Of a stretch of DNA of 64,000 bases, positions 51,001 to 64,000 are shown in pieces. Under the pieces are notes generated by a model. That model had not been told where the DNA came from. It worked only from the letters and a program-made list of their open reading frames with translations, and searched no databases. The DNA comes from Balanoglossus misakiensis (taxonomy: Eukaryota > Animalia > Hemichordata), in contig CM082588.2 of assembly GCA_040954595.2 (NCBI GenBank), forward strand, positions 4,342,156 through 4,406,155, written 5' to 3'. The translations under genes and the position numbers were made by a program. Within the stretch, counting starts at the first letter, position 1. Each line of letters begins with the position of its first letter.

Positions 51001-54000
51001 TGGAGATGACGTGTGTTTGGGCCACACTCAATGTTTCATCCAGCACTTTGTTTCACAAACCTCTCGCTGACATCTATAAAACTATAAGACTCCATACAAA
51101 TAAAAGCTCACATCAACATCTCCAAGATTAGCCTTCTGTATTTATTTGTGCTTTCTGGCAGACCAACTGTAAACGTTCTCTCGGCCTCCTCCGATAACAA
51201 ATTTTATTGGACTGGTTTATATCTGTAGCTAATCCTGGTGAAACTTAAATCCAGCCGAAAATCAGTTTTATGACCTGGATTTTCAATCAGATATCTTCCT
51301 TTACTGTTCAGAGTTACTCTATAGCTCAGCTGACCTGCGCCCATACATCCCCTGAACATTGTTAGTACAAGTTATTGTAGCAACAAATCTGTCAGCAAAC
51401 CTGCCCTTGATCACAGCAGCCTTGAAAGACAGAAGTACTCACTCATTAAAAAAAAAACAGTTATAAAAGTACTTGAACAGTGCACTATGTACAAGCATGA
51501 AAATCCGTAAGAATATTTTAATCACAAAAGTGGTGTTCTGTGCGTTTCTTTCAATACCAACCATAGCAAGCCAGCACAGACAAAACTGTGTATACTATAA
51601 ACTACTTGGGGTGATAAACCATCCGTGTCTAGTCTGGCATCCGTCGTGAAACACGCTTTTAATAAACGACATTCAACCAGCGCTGAATCACATTGGTTAC
51701 AACACCGATAAGCCATTGTTCTTACCATCTTTTACCTGTCTTTCTTTACCGTCTTTTGTTGAGGCCGTCCGACTCACAAAAGAGGGTCTTTTCAGTCGAT
51801 AGTTCTTTGATCAACACCACTGCTTATACAGAAATCAGATAATAGCCTCTTCAAAAGATACAGCCAATTTATTCGTGTGTGTACATACTGAAGAACTTGA
51901 CAGTGCGGAGTGATTTCATTGCCAACTCTTTGCGGGGATTGCTTGCTGGAAACTGGCGAAGGATCTCAAGAAAATCCACTGATTGAAAACTTCTGATTGC
52001 ATGGAAAAGTAACCATTAAAAATTCTTAAACACGGTGGATAAGACGACTATCCCTTTTAATCAGGTACCGGATTCAAATCATGGAAAAAAATCAACCTTG
52101 ATTGGTCGATGGTCTGAAAAGCTGACTGCCAGGGACGTCCACAGTTACAGATACTGTTGCTGTCGCTTGGCCTACAGCCAGCAGCCATTCTTCACAATTT
52201 AAGTGTTCCCTAGAAATCCTTCTTAATAGCGCACTATCCTCGCTGAATCACCATAGCGATTTATTTAATTAGAATTGTCAATTTAATGATTGCTCGCCCT
52301 TTCCACTCCTCCCAACTACACTCGTGATGTATAGCTGAAAAAGCCTGTTCACATTCTGAACAAGACATCACAATATTCATCGTAATCAACTGTCACCCCA
52401 GATTTTTCTTTAACATCAATGCCCTTTTCTGTGCATGCTGTCTCTATTTTGATTTGACAATCCTGTAATCCCAAATCAGATTCTGATACGCAATGCATGG
52501 AATCACTTTACAGGGTAATGGAATGGAAAGCAATACAATAAGCTTGGCAATGTGAATACACAGCCCACTGAAATATGCAACTGCTTTGGGGGCTTTTTTT
52601 TTCCAGGGCTTTTTGCTGCATTGTTTTCTGGGAAGGTTACATAACACTGGTTGGTTTTAATCATTTGGGTTGCTTCAGTGAACATTGGAAGGGGGAGGGC
52701 TGTGTGTGAATACTGGTTGAGTGGCACTGAAAATATAACTCCACATACTGCGCAAATAAGAAAGCAAGCTTGAGTCTTGGGGGGAAAGAACACCCTTCAG
52801 GGACCTTTGTGTATGTATGCATCAACCCTAGAGAAACTGTCTATGGTGTACCGTACATTTCTCTTGAAATGTCAGTTTCTGCAGGATGTAGAAATATCGA
52901 CCAACGGTGGAAAAAAACATGGCCCAGCATGCTTCAGGATGCAGAACACTGATCTACACACCTCACACAAAATGAAAAGAACCAAAATATCATCAAGACA
53001 TCCCGGTAATGAATTTGCCCCTCTAAACCCCATTAGTGTCAAGAGAAAAATGAAACCGAACAAGAAAAATACACGTGACAAGGTTCATTATCAAAATTGC
53101 CCCGTTTCCCCATTTTCTAATCCATTTGCGAGGTACATCGAATCGAATCACATTCAACATCACAACACACCCGTGAGGCAGCTGAAAATTATGCCACGGA
53201 CCCCACCAGTCAGCGGAGAATTATTATTACAATTTCATAAAAGGCAATTTGAGATAAAGCCCGATAATATCACCGCAATCTTGCTCTCTTCCTGTGCAAC
53301 AAGCAAACCGACCAGAATGTTGATGACCAAACAAAAAGGAATCACTCAGGAATTTCAGCAATTGCTGTATCGGAGATGCAAAAGATGTTATTTATTTATT
53401 CATTGGAATCACAGACTTCCTCTCCAGGTACACAAAATATACATGAGCACCGCCTCTGTTGTAGTCACACATTAATTTTGAATGTTCGCTCTTTTACCAA
53501 CAGGCCAGACACTGTTTATGTGCAGGGAAGGTGCCGTCTCATTTACCTCACCGCATTATACTGCAGCGTTAATAATACATGATCATAACTAAGCCTGGCT
53601 GGGCTGGGCTGGCTGTGGATGCATTGATCAACGCTCAGAATCAAAGAGATTAGACTATTTCTGTCTATTCACCCATTGTCCTTGTTATGGATTACTTTTT
53701 CCTGCTTTGAAATAATATCTTCCTGCTTCTTTGCACTTACAACAAGATGCTGTATTTTTATCTTTTTTTCATGGGACTCTTTTCCAGAAACTTTCGAAAC
53801 ATACAACATTCTCACTTTAAGACTCTTCCACCATTATCTAAGATCTTCATCAATCTAAATAGCCTAATTCACATTAATTGACAGACCTTGCTTTATATTT
53901 AAACTCATGTTATTTCTCTGGGACAATGCATTATAAATTTAATGATAGTAACAGAAAGAAATGTCTAGCTGTGTTTATTCAAGTACTTCAGTCTGAATGG

Positions 54001-57000
54001 TACAAGCTCGTTTTAAAGAAAAGGATTTCTTTTTTTTTCCAAACACCTGCAAACAAACATACAAAGACTACCCATGTCTAAGTGTTTGCTTCACTACACT
54101 GTGCTATGCAGATTATTTTTAGACACACAACCTGTGCCTCTTGATACAAGATGCTCCTTGAAACCCACTGTTGCCACCCACAGTGCATTGTGGGAGTACA
54201 ATGCACCATGGGAACATTTTGCAAGGTCAAGCAAGTGGAGATGTCTAAACTAGAAAACCTTACTAGAAATTATGGTTGATTTTTTATCTCACATCGACAC
54301 AGACTCATGCATGCACAGACTGAAAATTTCAACTTCTCAGCTGGGGGGTTCTGTTCATTTTTTTGAACTTTCACGCGACACCACGTGGTCGAGACTTTCA
54401 CTCTCGGAAGACAGATTTGTGGACGGCAGGGGTCGGAATGCCCCCGCTCATGACTTTCATCAAGTTCAAGCTGAACAAACAGCGAACGTCCATGAATGGA
54501 ATCCTGGTAATGAGGAGTATTCAAATCAACGCAGCAATCTGCATTTCACAGACCCATTATTTTGATCCTTCTGGCCGACACCTGCTTCTAATTGTCAAAA
54601 TTTGCGCAGCAAAAAAACACGAAAAGGCACTTACCCAATTCCAACAAACTATCAAATGCCTCCACCCCAAAAATACCAAGAAACCAACAAATCACACAAG
54701 GACAATTTGAAATTGGGGGCAAGTATGGATCTATGTGCAAACAAGACTCACTTCTGCTACAGGGTTAATTTTTTTTAAACGTCGGTTAATTGAATGATTT
54801 TTGTTTTCTTCAGAGAAGGAACTTTTTAAATAGCCTTTCAGATAGATACTAATGGAGTTTTGAAACCGAAATCATCCCCCCTGGCTTACATCACTCTACC
54901 GAAACAAATAAGACCGCATTTGTCTTGATAAATTGAAGACCTTCAATGATGACAATCTGAATCACATGGCTGGAGGGAACGATGGAATAAATTGAGTTGG
55001 GCTTTAAAGGCATTGAGTATTATATATATGTCGATTTCCTGCAATCAATTATTCTCCAGTTGTGCAGGGTAGGGGCATGGCATCTCGGGTATTTCCCTCA
55101 TTGGACAATATTATTCTGATACCACATACAGGACTTCTACAGCATGTGAGGTTCAACTTACACTTATGAAACAAAAAATTAAAATAATTAAGGGGATATT
55201 GAATTTCGCGACTCACTAATGCACTGGAAAGAAACTGGACACTTTTCGCTGATTACATCAAGCGGGCAATTTCACTGACTCGGGACACCAGAATATTATC
55301 GGCCAAAAATGTGAACCTAATAACTTCTGTGGGTGATAGTTAAACTATTTCTGATACCAGAAGTGGATCTGCCCTGAAGTAAGGGCACCCCGAACGTGTC
55401 ATATAGAATGTCATGCTACAGATATTTCTAGCCAATGGATATCTGTGTATAAATTATTAAAATCTTCACAGAAGACTCGTGAAAAACTATACATTAATTG
55501 ATGGAAGGGCTGACCTTTCTAAGCATGTCTTTCTCAAATGAAGGATGTGCTGTACAGCTGCTCGAGAAAAATCCCCTTCAATCATCCTATGCATGCAAAC
55601 ATACAGGATTCCAAGTACGCCTGTCTACATTTTATATTTTATATTCAACAGCTGTAAATAGCTGGGGTTTTTATAAGTCTATTAAAGCGGCCAACAATGT
55701 CCCACCGTTGGGTAATTTCATCCTCGACACAACAGATTGTGTTCAAGGCTGTGATGTGTCGGAATGCGCGGAATGTGGCCGTCTATGTCGGCCATCTTAG
55801 CTATGCAGCGTCACTCTCTCCCCAGGATTCGCCGCGCGGCACAGCTGTGTCGCGCTTGTCTCCTCGGTTAACTATTTGCCTCATCATCGGTAAAACACGT
55901 CCTTCTCCGTGTCGAAAACCGACCCATGCCTCCACATCACTCACCTTGGGAAGAGTGACAAGGGAAGCGGCGAGTTTTGAGAAAAACTGGACAGTGGCCA
56001 AACGAACAAGTGCGGTCAGGAAAAGGTCACGATTTCGGAGAGCCGGTTGTAAATTTTTCGGGCGGTTTTTCTTTTATGCCTGCATGCATGCACCGAGCTG
56101 GCACAAGCAGTGCTGAGACAGCCACCCCCTTCGCAGTTTTATTGAACACTGCATGCAGCTGAATCGTCGAACCATAACATGATACCTCAACCAGCTTCTA
56201 GCCATTTGCCAGCTGATGAACCCGAGCGCGGCGCGGCCATCCACGACTGAACCCACGCACGCATCTGACATCCCTACCGTACGTGATAATCCCTCAGCTG
56301 AGCAAGAGGCCACAAACATTGAAATTCAGCTCCACTTCCAGCCAGAGCATATGCAAGAGTTCTCAATGAGCATATCACTTGTGTCTTCAACAGCAGGCCC
56401 TCCATATGAGTGACGCTGCTTTGAATCCAATAACAAAAGCTGTATTTACACACAGAAATACTCTTGCACAGCACTTATTGGAGACTTTTATGTCAAGATC
56501 TAATTACACATTTCATTTTTTTATCGCTCTTAACAGTTTCAACCAAACACTCTCAAAGAACCCATATAAATCTCAAATCATTTCATTTCATGAAAGCTCC
56601 TTACTCACGAGGTGGGAAACAATATACACAAAATGAAAAACAATTATTTTTTTGGTAATTTTAATTTTTTAAATTTTTTGATCCACATATCAGCAGCATG
56701 CAATCCTATACTCTCTCTTTGCAAGTTGCAACCCAACTCCTAAAAAGACAGAGCCCTTCAAATCGAGATCTCGGCCCTTCACACTCAAACTCAAACCACC
56801 ATAGACACAGAAACTCAAAAGGCGAGGCCCGACACCAGTTGTGGTTCAAGCAACTATCTTTTCTGTGACCTGTGCATCTCAAAGACATTCCCAACACGCC
56901 ATGATAAGGGGGGTCCGTTTCCAGAATTCTAGAACGAGTCTGATTTTATTTGTTAATTTGGAATCCTCCAGCGGAGGTATGTTATCTTACGTAACATCCC

Positions 57001-59935
57001 TACATCCCTACATCACCTATTCACTTTCTATGCTAGACACCTGAGGTCTGAATTTTAAAGTCCACATCTTTCACTACCCAAGACATTGTCAAATTGAAAG
57101 GCTGTTTCTCAGACTAGCCGACACATGGAGTTTTTCTTTAAAGATATTTGTCTTGCTTTTCAAAAACATAGACTTGCCTTAGGATGAAATGGACTCACTA
57201 CTTGTCTGGTTTTGAGGGACACGGGTAATTACTTCGAGGGAACCTGAATCTTTTGTCACATTTGGTTCTAACCCTCTAATCATTTTTCATTCCAAGATTG
57301 TGATGCTGTCTGTCCCATGATTCCAGAGTGGAGCATAAGTTGAGTGGCAAGGAATATATATAGGAGATAACTTTTTAAACTTTGCAAGTGTGATCCATCT
57401 TTGTTTAGTGAGGTTGGAAAAATGATTAATTCTCCCCAAATGCTCTGATAAATGTTGTGCCTACAATGGTATCTGGGATATGCAGCATGCAGGCAGGACT
57501 TGAGGGTATTGGGTGACCGAAGATTTATGGCCGAGCATGCCGACATAAAATGACTTTAACAGATGCAAACACATGGTCTGTCACATTTGAATCTGTAAGT
57601 TCACAGCACTCCAGTTTATCCCAATGTGGCACCGGTGTCAAAGGTTACCAAAAGATTGGAAACATATGACAGCCAACCGATTGGGCAAGGTGGCATCATG
57701 TGACAAAAACCATGCACTGATTGGTCAGTTTGCGTCATGTGACCGAAGACGGCTTCCCTGATTGGGCTGACAATTCTCCGGGTAACAAAATATGCAAGAC
57801 GGATGTCGTCATGGACAGAATTTAGCAAACGTTGAACAGATTCACGCGAAAATAACTTTTTGACAGCCACGATTTCTGTGACATCGGCAAGATGGCTAAA
57901 ATATGTCTTAGATAGTGGCGTCGTGCACGTCCGCACACGAACACAAAACGAGGAATACTTACTGCTGGCACTAAAAGACGTTTGATTTCATTGACCGCCC
58001 TCGCGAGCTTGATCTCAGCACGTTCTTTGCTGTCTTCTACTGTGATAAGCACATGTAAATCTTCATTCAAATGTTCCCAGTTGGGCTTTCCCCTATTCTG
58101 TTCTTCCTGCAGAGCAAAAAAAAAACATACACAAAACAAACATTATAATTCTATCTGTACTGCAAGTACATGTATCGTATTCTCAACCAAAACTTTGAGG
58201 CTACAAGCAATAAATTTATCAGTATTCAGGAACTGTGTCCAATGAGTTCCTTGATAGGATGACTTCAATACAAGTCCTGACAGTGAATGCCTGATTTGAG
58301 AAGATCTCCTTTGGATGACAATTGAAACGTCATTAGGAGACATTAAACCTTCCGTGGACAGATACATTGCAATCAGCGAATTTCGAAAGTTAATATATCT
58401 GAGATAGAAATTACCCAGATAATTTTCATGATTCAAACCTTGTAGCTCTGAATTTAACAAAAGTGGAAGGTAATTCTTGTTTCTTGGTCGTATTTCATTG
58501 AATCTGTTTGAAGTAGTGTATTGAATAAATAAACACACAAACACACACATACATACACACACACACATATACTTTTTAAATTTAAGAGAAATTGCCAATG
58601 TATAAAAATACATTCAATTGCATTAGGGATGTTTCTATAATGAAAATTGAGGGGAAAATACACAAAGGGAACACAATATCTTGGATACAATTTCTTCTCC
58701 ACATTAGAAATTATTTTTCAAAACACCCCGCGTCTAATTGCAATTCTGCGGTATTGAAAATTCAAAACTGGAGACCTCCCCCTGGGAAGTCTGAAGTATC
58801 TGGAGTATATAGAGAGAAATGACATCAGAGAGATCCGTAATGCAATGAGACTTGTGTGCATGTAGCATGTCATTTCAACTGGATCAGTTGGGATAGACAT
58901 TATGGAAATTACAACATCTCCCAAGAAATCTCTCCGGAGATAGTCGGTCTAAATACATTGTATACAATTCGCAGACGGGCAAAATGTCACAAATTCAGTC
59001 GATTTCTGAAGGATCGCATTATCCGTAATGATTTCGCCAATCCAGCTGCTTTGTGCCCTTCTGAACTATCACGACAAAGCTGCCAACGTCAACAATTTTT
59101 TTTTTCATCAAAGAGAGTCATTTTGCATGTATCTTGCAGCCGTTTCTTCATGCGCACGGTAAAATCCCTCGGAGGGACGCTTCTTGCATTTGATGGCTCG
59201 GATGTGCTACATGTACACTGCATCATTGTTGAAATTTCCTCCCCTCTTACAAAACACAAAGCCGGGTCCGATTAGATGCAGAAAGGCCTCCATTCTTTGA
59301 AAGATAATCAGTTAAAGTCCCAACAGACAAGTGATGAATTGATTTTTGATGAAAAAGAATTCACAGCTCTTGCTCCCCCATTTATTAATTGATTTCCGCC
59401 GAACAAGTATTCCATTAATGGCAGCCATAATGGCCAGGAAGCATGAATAAACTGCATATCAATGAGACAAGGACGCGTCTCTCTTGTGACCAAGGCTCGG
59501 CAAATTTCTCAATCTATAAATTCAAATCTTGGTTCTTTGCAGATACCTACGAATGTGCGGCGAAAATCCTATCAAAAAATAAGAGCTGTCTGCTTCGACA
59601 GTAATGAAGGTTCAAACGAATCGGACTGTATTGGAATAATAATGTATCATTACGTTACACTACAGGAGTGAATTACTCCGCTGTAGTTGTATAATACACA
59701 CAAATACGACAAAGAGACTTGTGCTGATACCGGCAATGATATCAGTGAGGTAGCCATGGCAACGCATCACCTTGGTGGCACATGTCTCGCGTCGCCATGG
59801 AAACGCAATGGCACTCACCTTCTTTTTGTCTCTCATTGAGCCCTTCCCTCTGACCATAATCTTGCATCCCGTAAGTCTTTCAAGTTCTTGCGCTGTTTTG
59901 CCTCGTGGTCCCAATATCCTTCCAACAAAATTGTA
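42005..59935 (-). CDS. QKI: Quaking / held-out-wings STAR-family KH-domain RNA-binding protein, 3' exons (5' exons beyond the window)
   Basis: Exons (minus): 59935-59819 ([12 protein letters not shown]...[12 protein letters not shown]), 58106-57963 ([25 protein letters not shown]...LLVPA), 47802-47718 ([27 protein letters not shown]2), 46804-46547 (Pro/Tyr-rich), 44815-44750 ([22 protein letters not shown]), 42021-42005 (AATGN*). Confidence 0.96.
45450..45590. repeat. 41-bp minisatellite, about 3.4 copies, in a QKI intron
   Basis: TAGAATTCCACTGATTGGGTCATTTTAATCACATGATAAGC units starting at 45450, 45491, 45532 and 45573. Confidence 0.92.
59750..59804. promoter_or_regulatory. Paired RFX X-box motifs in a QKI intron
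   Basis: GTAGCCATGGCAAC 59750-59763 and GTCGCCATGGAAAC 59791-59804, both close to the palindromic X-box GTTGCCATGGCAAC. Confidence 0.5.
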
Positions 59936-62900
59936 CTGCAATCAAGAGAGAAACAGAAAAAGTTATCAGTATGTGCATCAGCGAAAAATATTAATCTCGA
60001 TAAATGGAAATCTGACGAACGTCTCAATTTCCATTCTCGGTCTGCGTGGCGACAGAAGACAGCTGGATTTGCAGCGCGCGTATGGGAAACGCGGGATGGA
60101 TTATGAAGCGAGCCGGGGCTGTCAAACTCTAACGCTTTCAGACTGCGACAGCCATTGCAAAATGACACCCAACTGCAAGCCATGAATACTTCAATCGAAG
60201 TGCAACAGACAGAAAATCCATACAACAAATGTCGACCTCTGCAAAAAGAGCATTATGAAAACAGCAGCTGAAAAGAAATGTCAAACCAGGAGAAAAACTC
60301 CATTTATGTACAGTATCATTGCAGTGACTCAAAAAAAAGCGATATCTTAATGGAGTTTCAGAAAGCAAAATTTACTCGGTGAAATATGTCACCTCCATCA
60401 CTATCTCAGCTAATACAATGGAAAGTCGTTCCATTGAATGCAAAGTGCAGGCATTCAGAATACAGATTTCAACAAAGTTTATCTGTTGATCTTTATGCTA
60501 CAAACATCTATTGAAAAGAACACATCCTTCTATCCGGATGTGATTCACTTTTTCACACTCAGCCACTTCCTTCTCCTGGTTTTCAACCCTATAATTGGTC
60601 TCATCCCATTGATTCCAACATTTTGGATCTATACACAGGGTGGAATGATTATCTTGCTAACATTTTCCTACATGGGTCTTTATTTTTAAGTAAAGAACAC
60701 TTATCAGTTCAATACATTGCTATTTCCTTCCATATGATTACTGGGAAGTATTACTGGCTTGTTTGCTTTAACTCAGTTTCATTTGTCGAGGATCGTCATA
60801 ATAACATAATGTGTAAATATCATTTACTCCTGCAGGGTTTTGAATTTATCACACAAATAAGTAACTGTGTGTGGGTGTACGTTTACTTTCGATTTTCATA
60901 CAATTTTCATGGTGTTGGACATGCTTCCCTGAAACTGAAACTCGGTGATATCAGAAAGCAAACTAATACCCCATACTTTCTATCCGAAACAGGCCAAACC
61001 ATTTTTTTTCCTCTTTTGATAAAAAGGGAAAGGTTTAACTAAGGACACCATAGTATAAATTATGCAAAACTGATAACGGTATCACATCACTATCCGAGTA
61101 ATTTTCGTACAAGTCTCTTCAAGACTAGCGTACGGTACTGCGTACTTGTGGAAAACCTACAAATATCTGAACGTTACACATGGTACAGATTAGCCATCAA
61201 AAAGCCTACACCTCAGCCATCAAAGACTACACACAATTCTTACATTCAGAATCCACAATAACTTTATTGCCTGTACGATGACAAGAGATCCCCCCTTCAA
61301 AATCTCCGTCTCTGATTTTCACACAAACACGGCCTTTCAAAGGATACAACCACACGCATTCATTTCGAGTGAGCGTGAAACTGCTTGGCAGAACAAATAC
61401 AGCGTATTCATGGACGAGTCCAAATCAAACACGGACTGTCACACAGAGAAAGGCCGGTATTCATTACACTCCATGAATAAAACCTGCCAGTGAGGCCTAT
61501 AATACTGGGTATATATGGTTACGGTAATCTCTAGCCTGTGATTAATCCACCCTGATTGACAGTCATGAGCAGCAGTCACAAATGAAATAGCTGTGCAGTT
61601 TTATATATGACAGCAGTGGCCAATTATTTAAAAGGTTTTGTATAGTCAATACTCCCATCTGAATCTGGCAACATTTTGTAGTGTACTATACAATAACCTT
61701 TTAAATATTGTGATCTTAATTTATCACGTTCGTACCGATATGCCTCGCTTCTTCAGAGACCATACTTATGACTCACTCATTCGAAGACGTGTTGATATCC
61801 TAATTAAATCCACATGTACTAAAAATATTGTATTCCTAACCCGTTACTAGCTAACACTTATAAATCACACACAATGTTTTTCATCACATAACTGCACATA
61901 CACCAAATATTATGGGCATGACCAAAACTTTGTACAGTTAAGTTTATAAGCGGCTAAACAAGGCCACGTACAAAACCAGAAATCTTCAGTTATGTCTCAT
62001 CCTCTGGCGACGCCCTGACTCGGTTGCTCTCTAGATGACCTCTGAACTTAGTAATGGTGGTATAAATTACAAACCATTGCCACGACAACTGATGCATTAT
62101 AGGCCAAGTAGGTGGTCAACCTTAGATACATAAATTTCCTTCAGTTTCAACATTTCACATATTCCCAGACATAAATTTCATTTCACTTGGCGGAGATAAA
62201 AGGTCGTCCGGTGGTGGATATTGCCATGCAATCTGATCGCCAGCACTTACTGTGTACCTTGACTGAATACTGAGACAAACTTAAGAGTACATCACAGGTA
62301 ACCAAAATGTGGAATTTAATACGGCTACTTGACTGTTCAGTCCACCGCGCAAGTTCAAAGATAAGCCAAAGAAAATACCAATTGTATTTTCAATGAAAGT
62401 CATGAAATATAAACTCAGCACACGTACGAACGAATGAAACCACTTGGGGATCAGGATTTCACCTTGATCTTGCCTGGGATGTACGTGAAATGAATTGATA
62501 AAGACGTGTTGTTTATTGATGATAGGAATGCCCTAGTTAGTTTGTGAGATGAAGGGTTGGAGTGGAAATTCTATAGAAATTTATAGAATGTCTATGGACA
62601 TCTATAGATTTCTATGTAATTTTGGAACCTTTGTCTGTTGAATTCTATAGAAGCATCAACATTCACCGAATGCTATAGAACATTTTTTTGCATAAGGGAA
62701 GAGACACATGTGCACACACACACATGGACAACTTGAAAGTCAAACGCACATTCAGGACATGAATGCCATATCTTCTCATCAAAATACTAACTAAGCTCAT
62801 CCCAGGGAGATCCAGGCCACTGCGACTCAAAACGTGCTGAAGCAGCGCCGACTTTTAAATTCACACTGCGGTCATCTGTATTCTGAAGAAGACCCCTTGT

Positions 62901-64000
62901 TACTTTGCAGCCTCACAGTGATTACACTCCCCCCACCAAAGCAATTTGTTTGCTGGGCTTAAAGGCAGCAGCCTGGCTTACAGCAAATGGATGTCCTGGT
63001 GTGGCCACAAATGCTAAGCGGGAAGATTTTAATAGTGTCATGATGATCGTAGAAATGAACCACTGACCTATAGGTCTGCTCTGGAGTGAGCATGTGGGGT
63101 CTTGTTTACTATTTTGCATATGTTGGGTTCATCCAAACAGACCATCAAGTTGAAAAACCAAACAATCTTTTTTCATTTCAAAATCCAAACCTCCATCATA
63201 AAATGACTCGCATCCGTCACGCTTCTTTTGCTTTGTTTACGGTGGCTTTGCGTGCGAAACAGTCCCTGCATCAAATTCCACCCACATTTCTGGCGAACAC
63301 TTGTCAGACATGAATATTTCATATTGTCTAGTGAGTTTTCAAGGACTGTTTTGGATGTGGGCTGGTTGAACTGAACTGATGATGGACTGGGCCCATGCTG
63401 CCAAGTGGATGGCACGTATCTGTTTATCAACACAGTTCATGCATGCAGTCAGCATTGTCATTTGTTTTGCATGATGTAGGGTGTTGAATACAGAACCTGT
63501 GGTCAACACACAGAAAAAGTTAAACTATTGAAAATTTAGCAATAAATTACAGTTATACTGTCCCCTTCACAGAACTCTGCTACAACTGCCTAATTACCTT
63601 GTACCCAAACACTCAATCCCGTACATAGTCCTACTTTACATTTTTTCTACCCCACTTTTATTTTATTTCGGCATGTAAAGGCATGATAATCCACAACCTA
63701 TGTGCAAATGAGGAAGCAATGCAATGGCAATTGTAACTCTAATCCACAATCTATGCATGGATCCGCAGCCATTGTCATCGCACACAATACCTGGTATCCA
63801 TATGAAATGGTGGTTGGCAACGTCTATTGTTACACCGCCAGCCCAACGCTCTTTATTAAAGTCATTGTTATTCCAAGCTTACAATTCCCGGCAATCTATT
63901 TGAATGGTCCCATACAGGGGCCAATTAAAATCGGAAAAGTTTGCGCCCATTTACCTGCAGGTTTCGGTGCCATGATACCCATTAAGGGTCGCCACAAACA

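Noticed and set aside
52777-53475. 232-aa ORF antisense within the QKI intron
   Set aside because: Non-ATG start, no recognisable domain or splice context; consistent with a chance ORF, though not searched against databases.

Overview
Eukaryotic, intron-containing, AT-rich animal genomic DNA. It is probably an invertebrate deuterostome, inferred from vertebrate-like intron positions and QKI C-terminus; the taxon is not established. The left third holds three alpha-tubulin genes (-, +, -) sharing the four-exon layout but differing in N-terminus (MREV, MSSHRQV, MREC) and K40 loop, and linked by 60-85 nt identical tracts. Intron 1 of the middle, most divergent tubulin is about 10.8 kb. Nearly all of it is one DINE-1/Helentron-type non-autonomous element whose central 88-bp repeat has expanded to about 112 copies with higher-order duplications. 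Next come a 16-exon armadillo-repeat-like gene (-) head-to-head with PCNP (+), an unrecognised acidic multi-exon gene (-), and the 3' part of a Quaking (QKI/how) gene (-) with a conserved QKI-5-type C-terminus, candidate alternative ends and ACUAAY sites. Smaller elements are a second DINE/HINE-like element, a PIF/Harbinger-type MITE, a 91-bp MITE with 9-bp TSD, a 66-bp near-perfect hairpin, a Penelope-type minimal hammerhead motif and several RFX X-boxes. All exon models were read by eye from GT-AG sites and phase, without transcript data.
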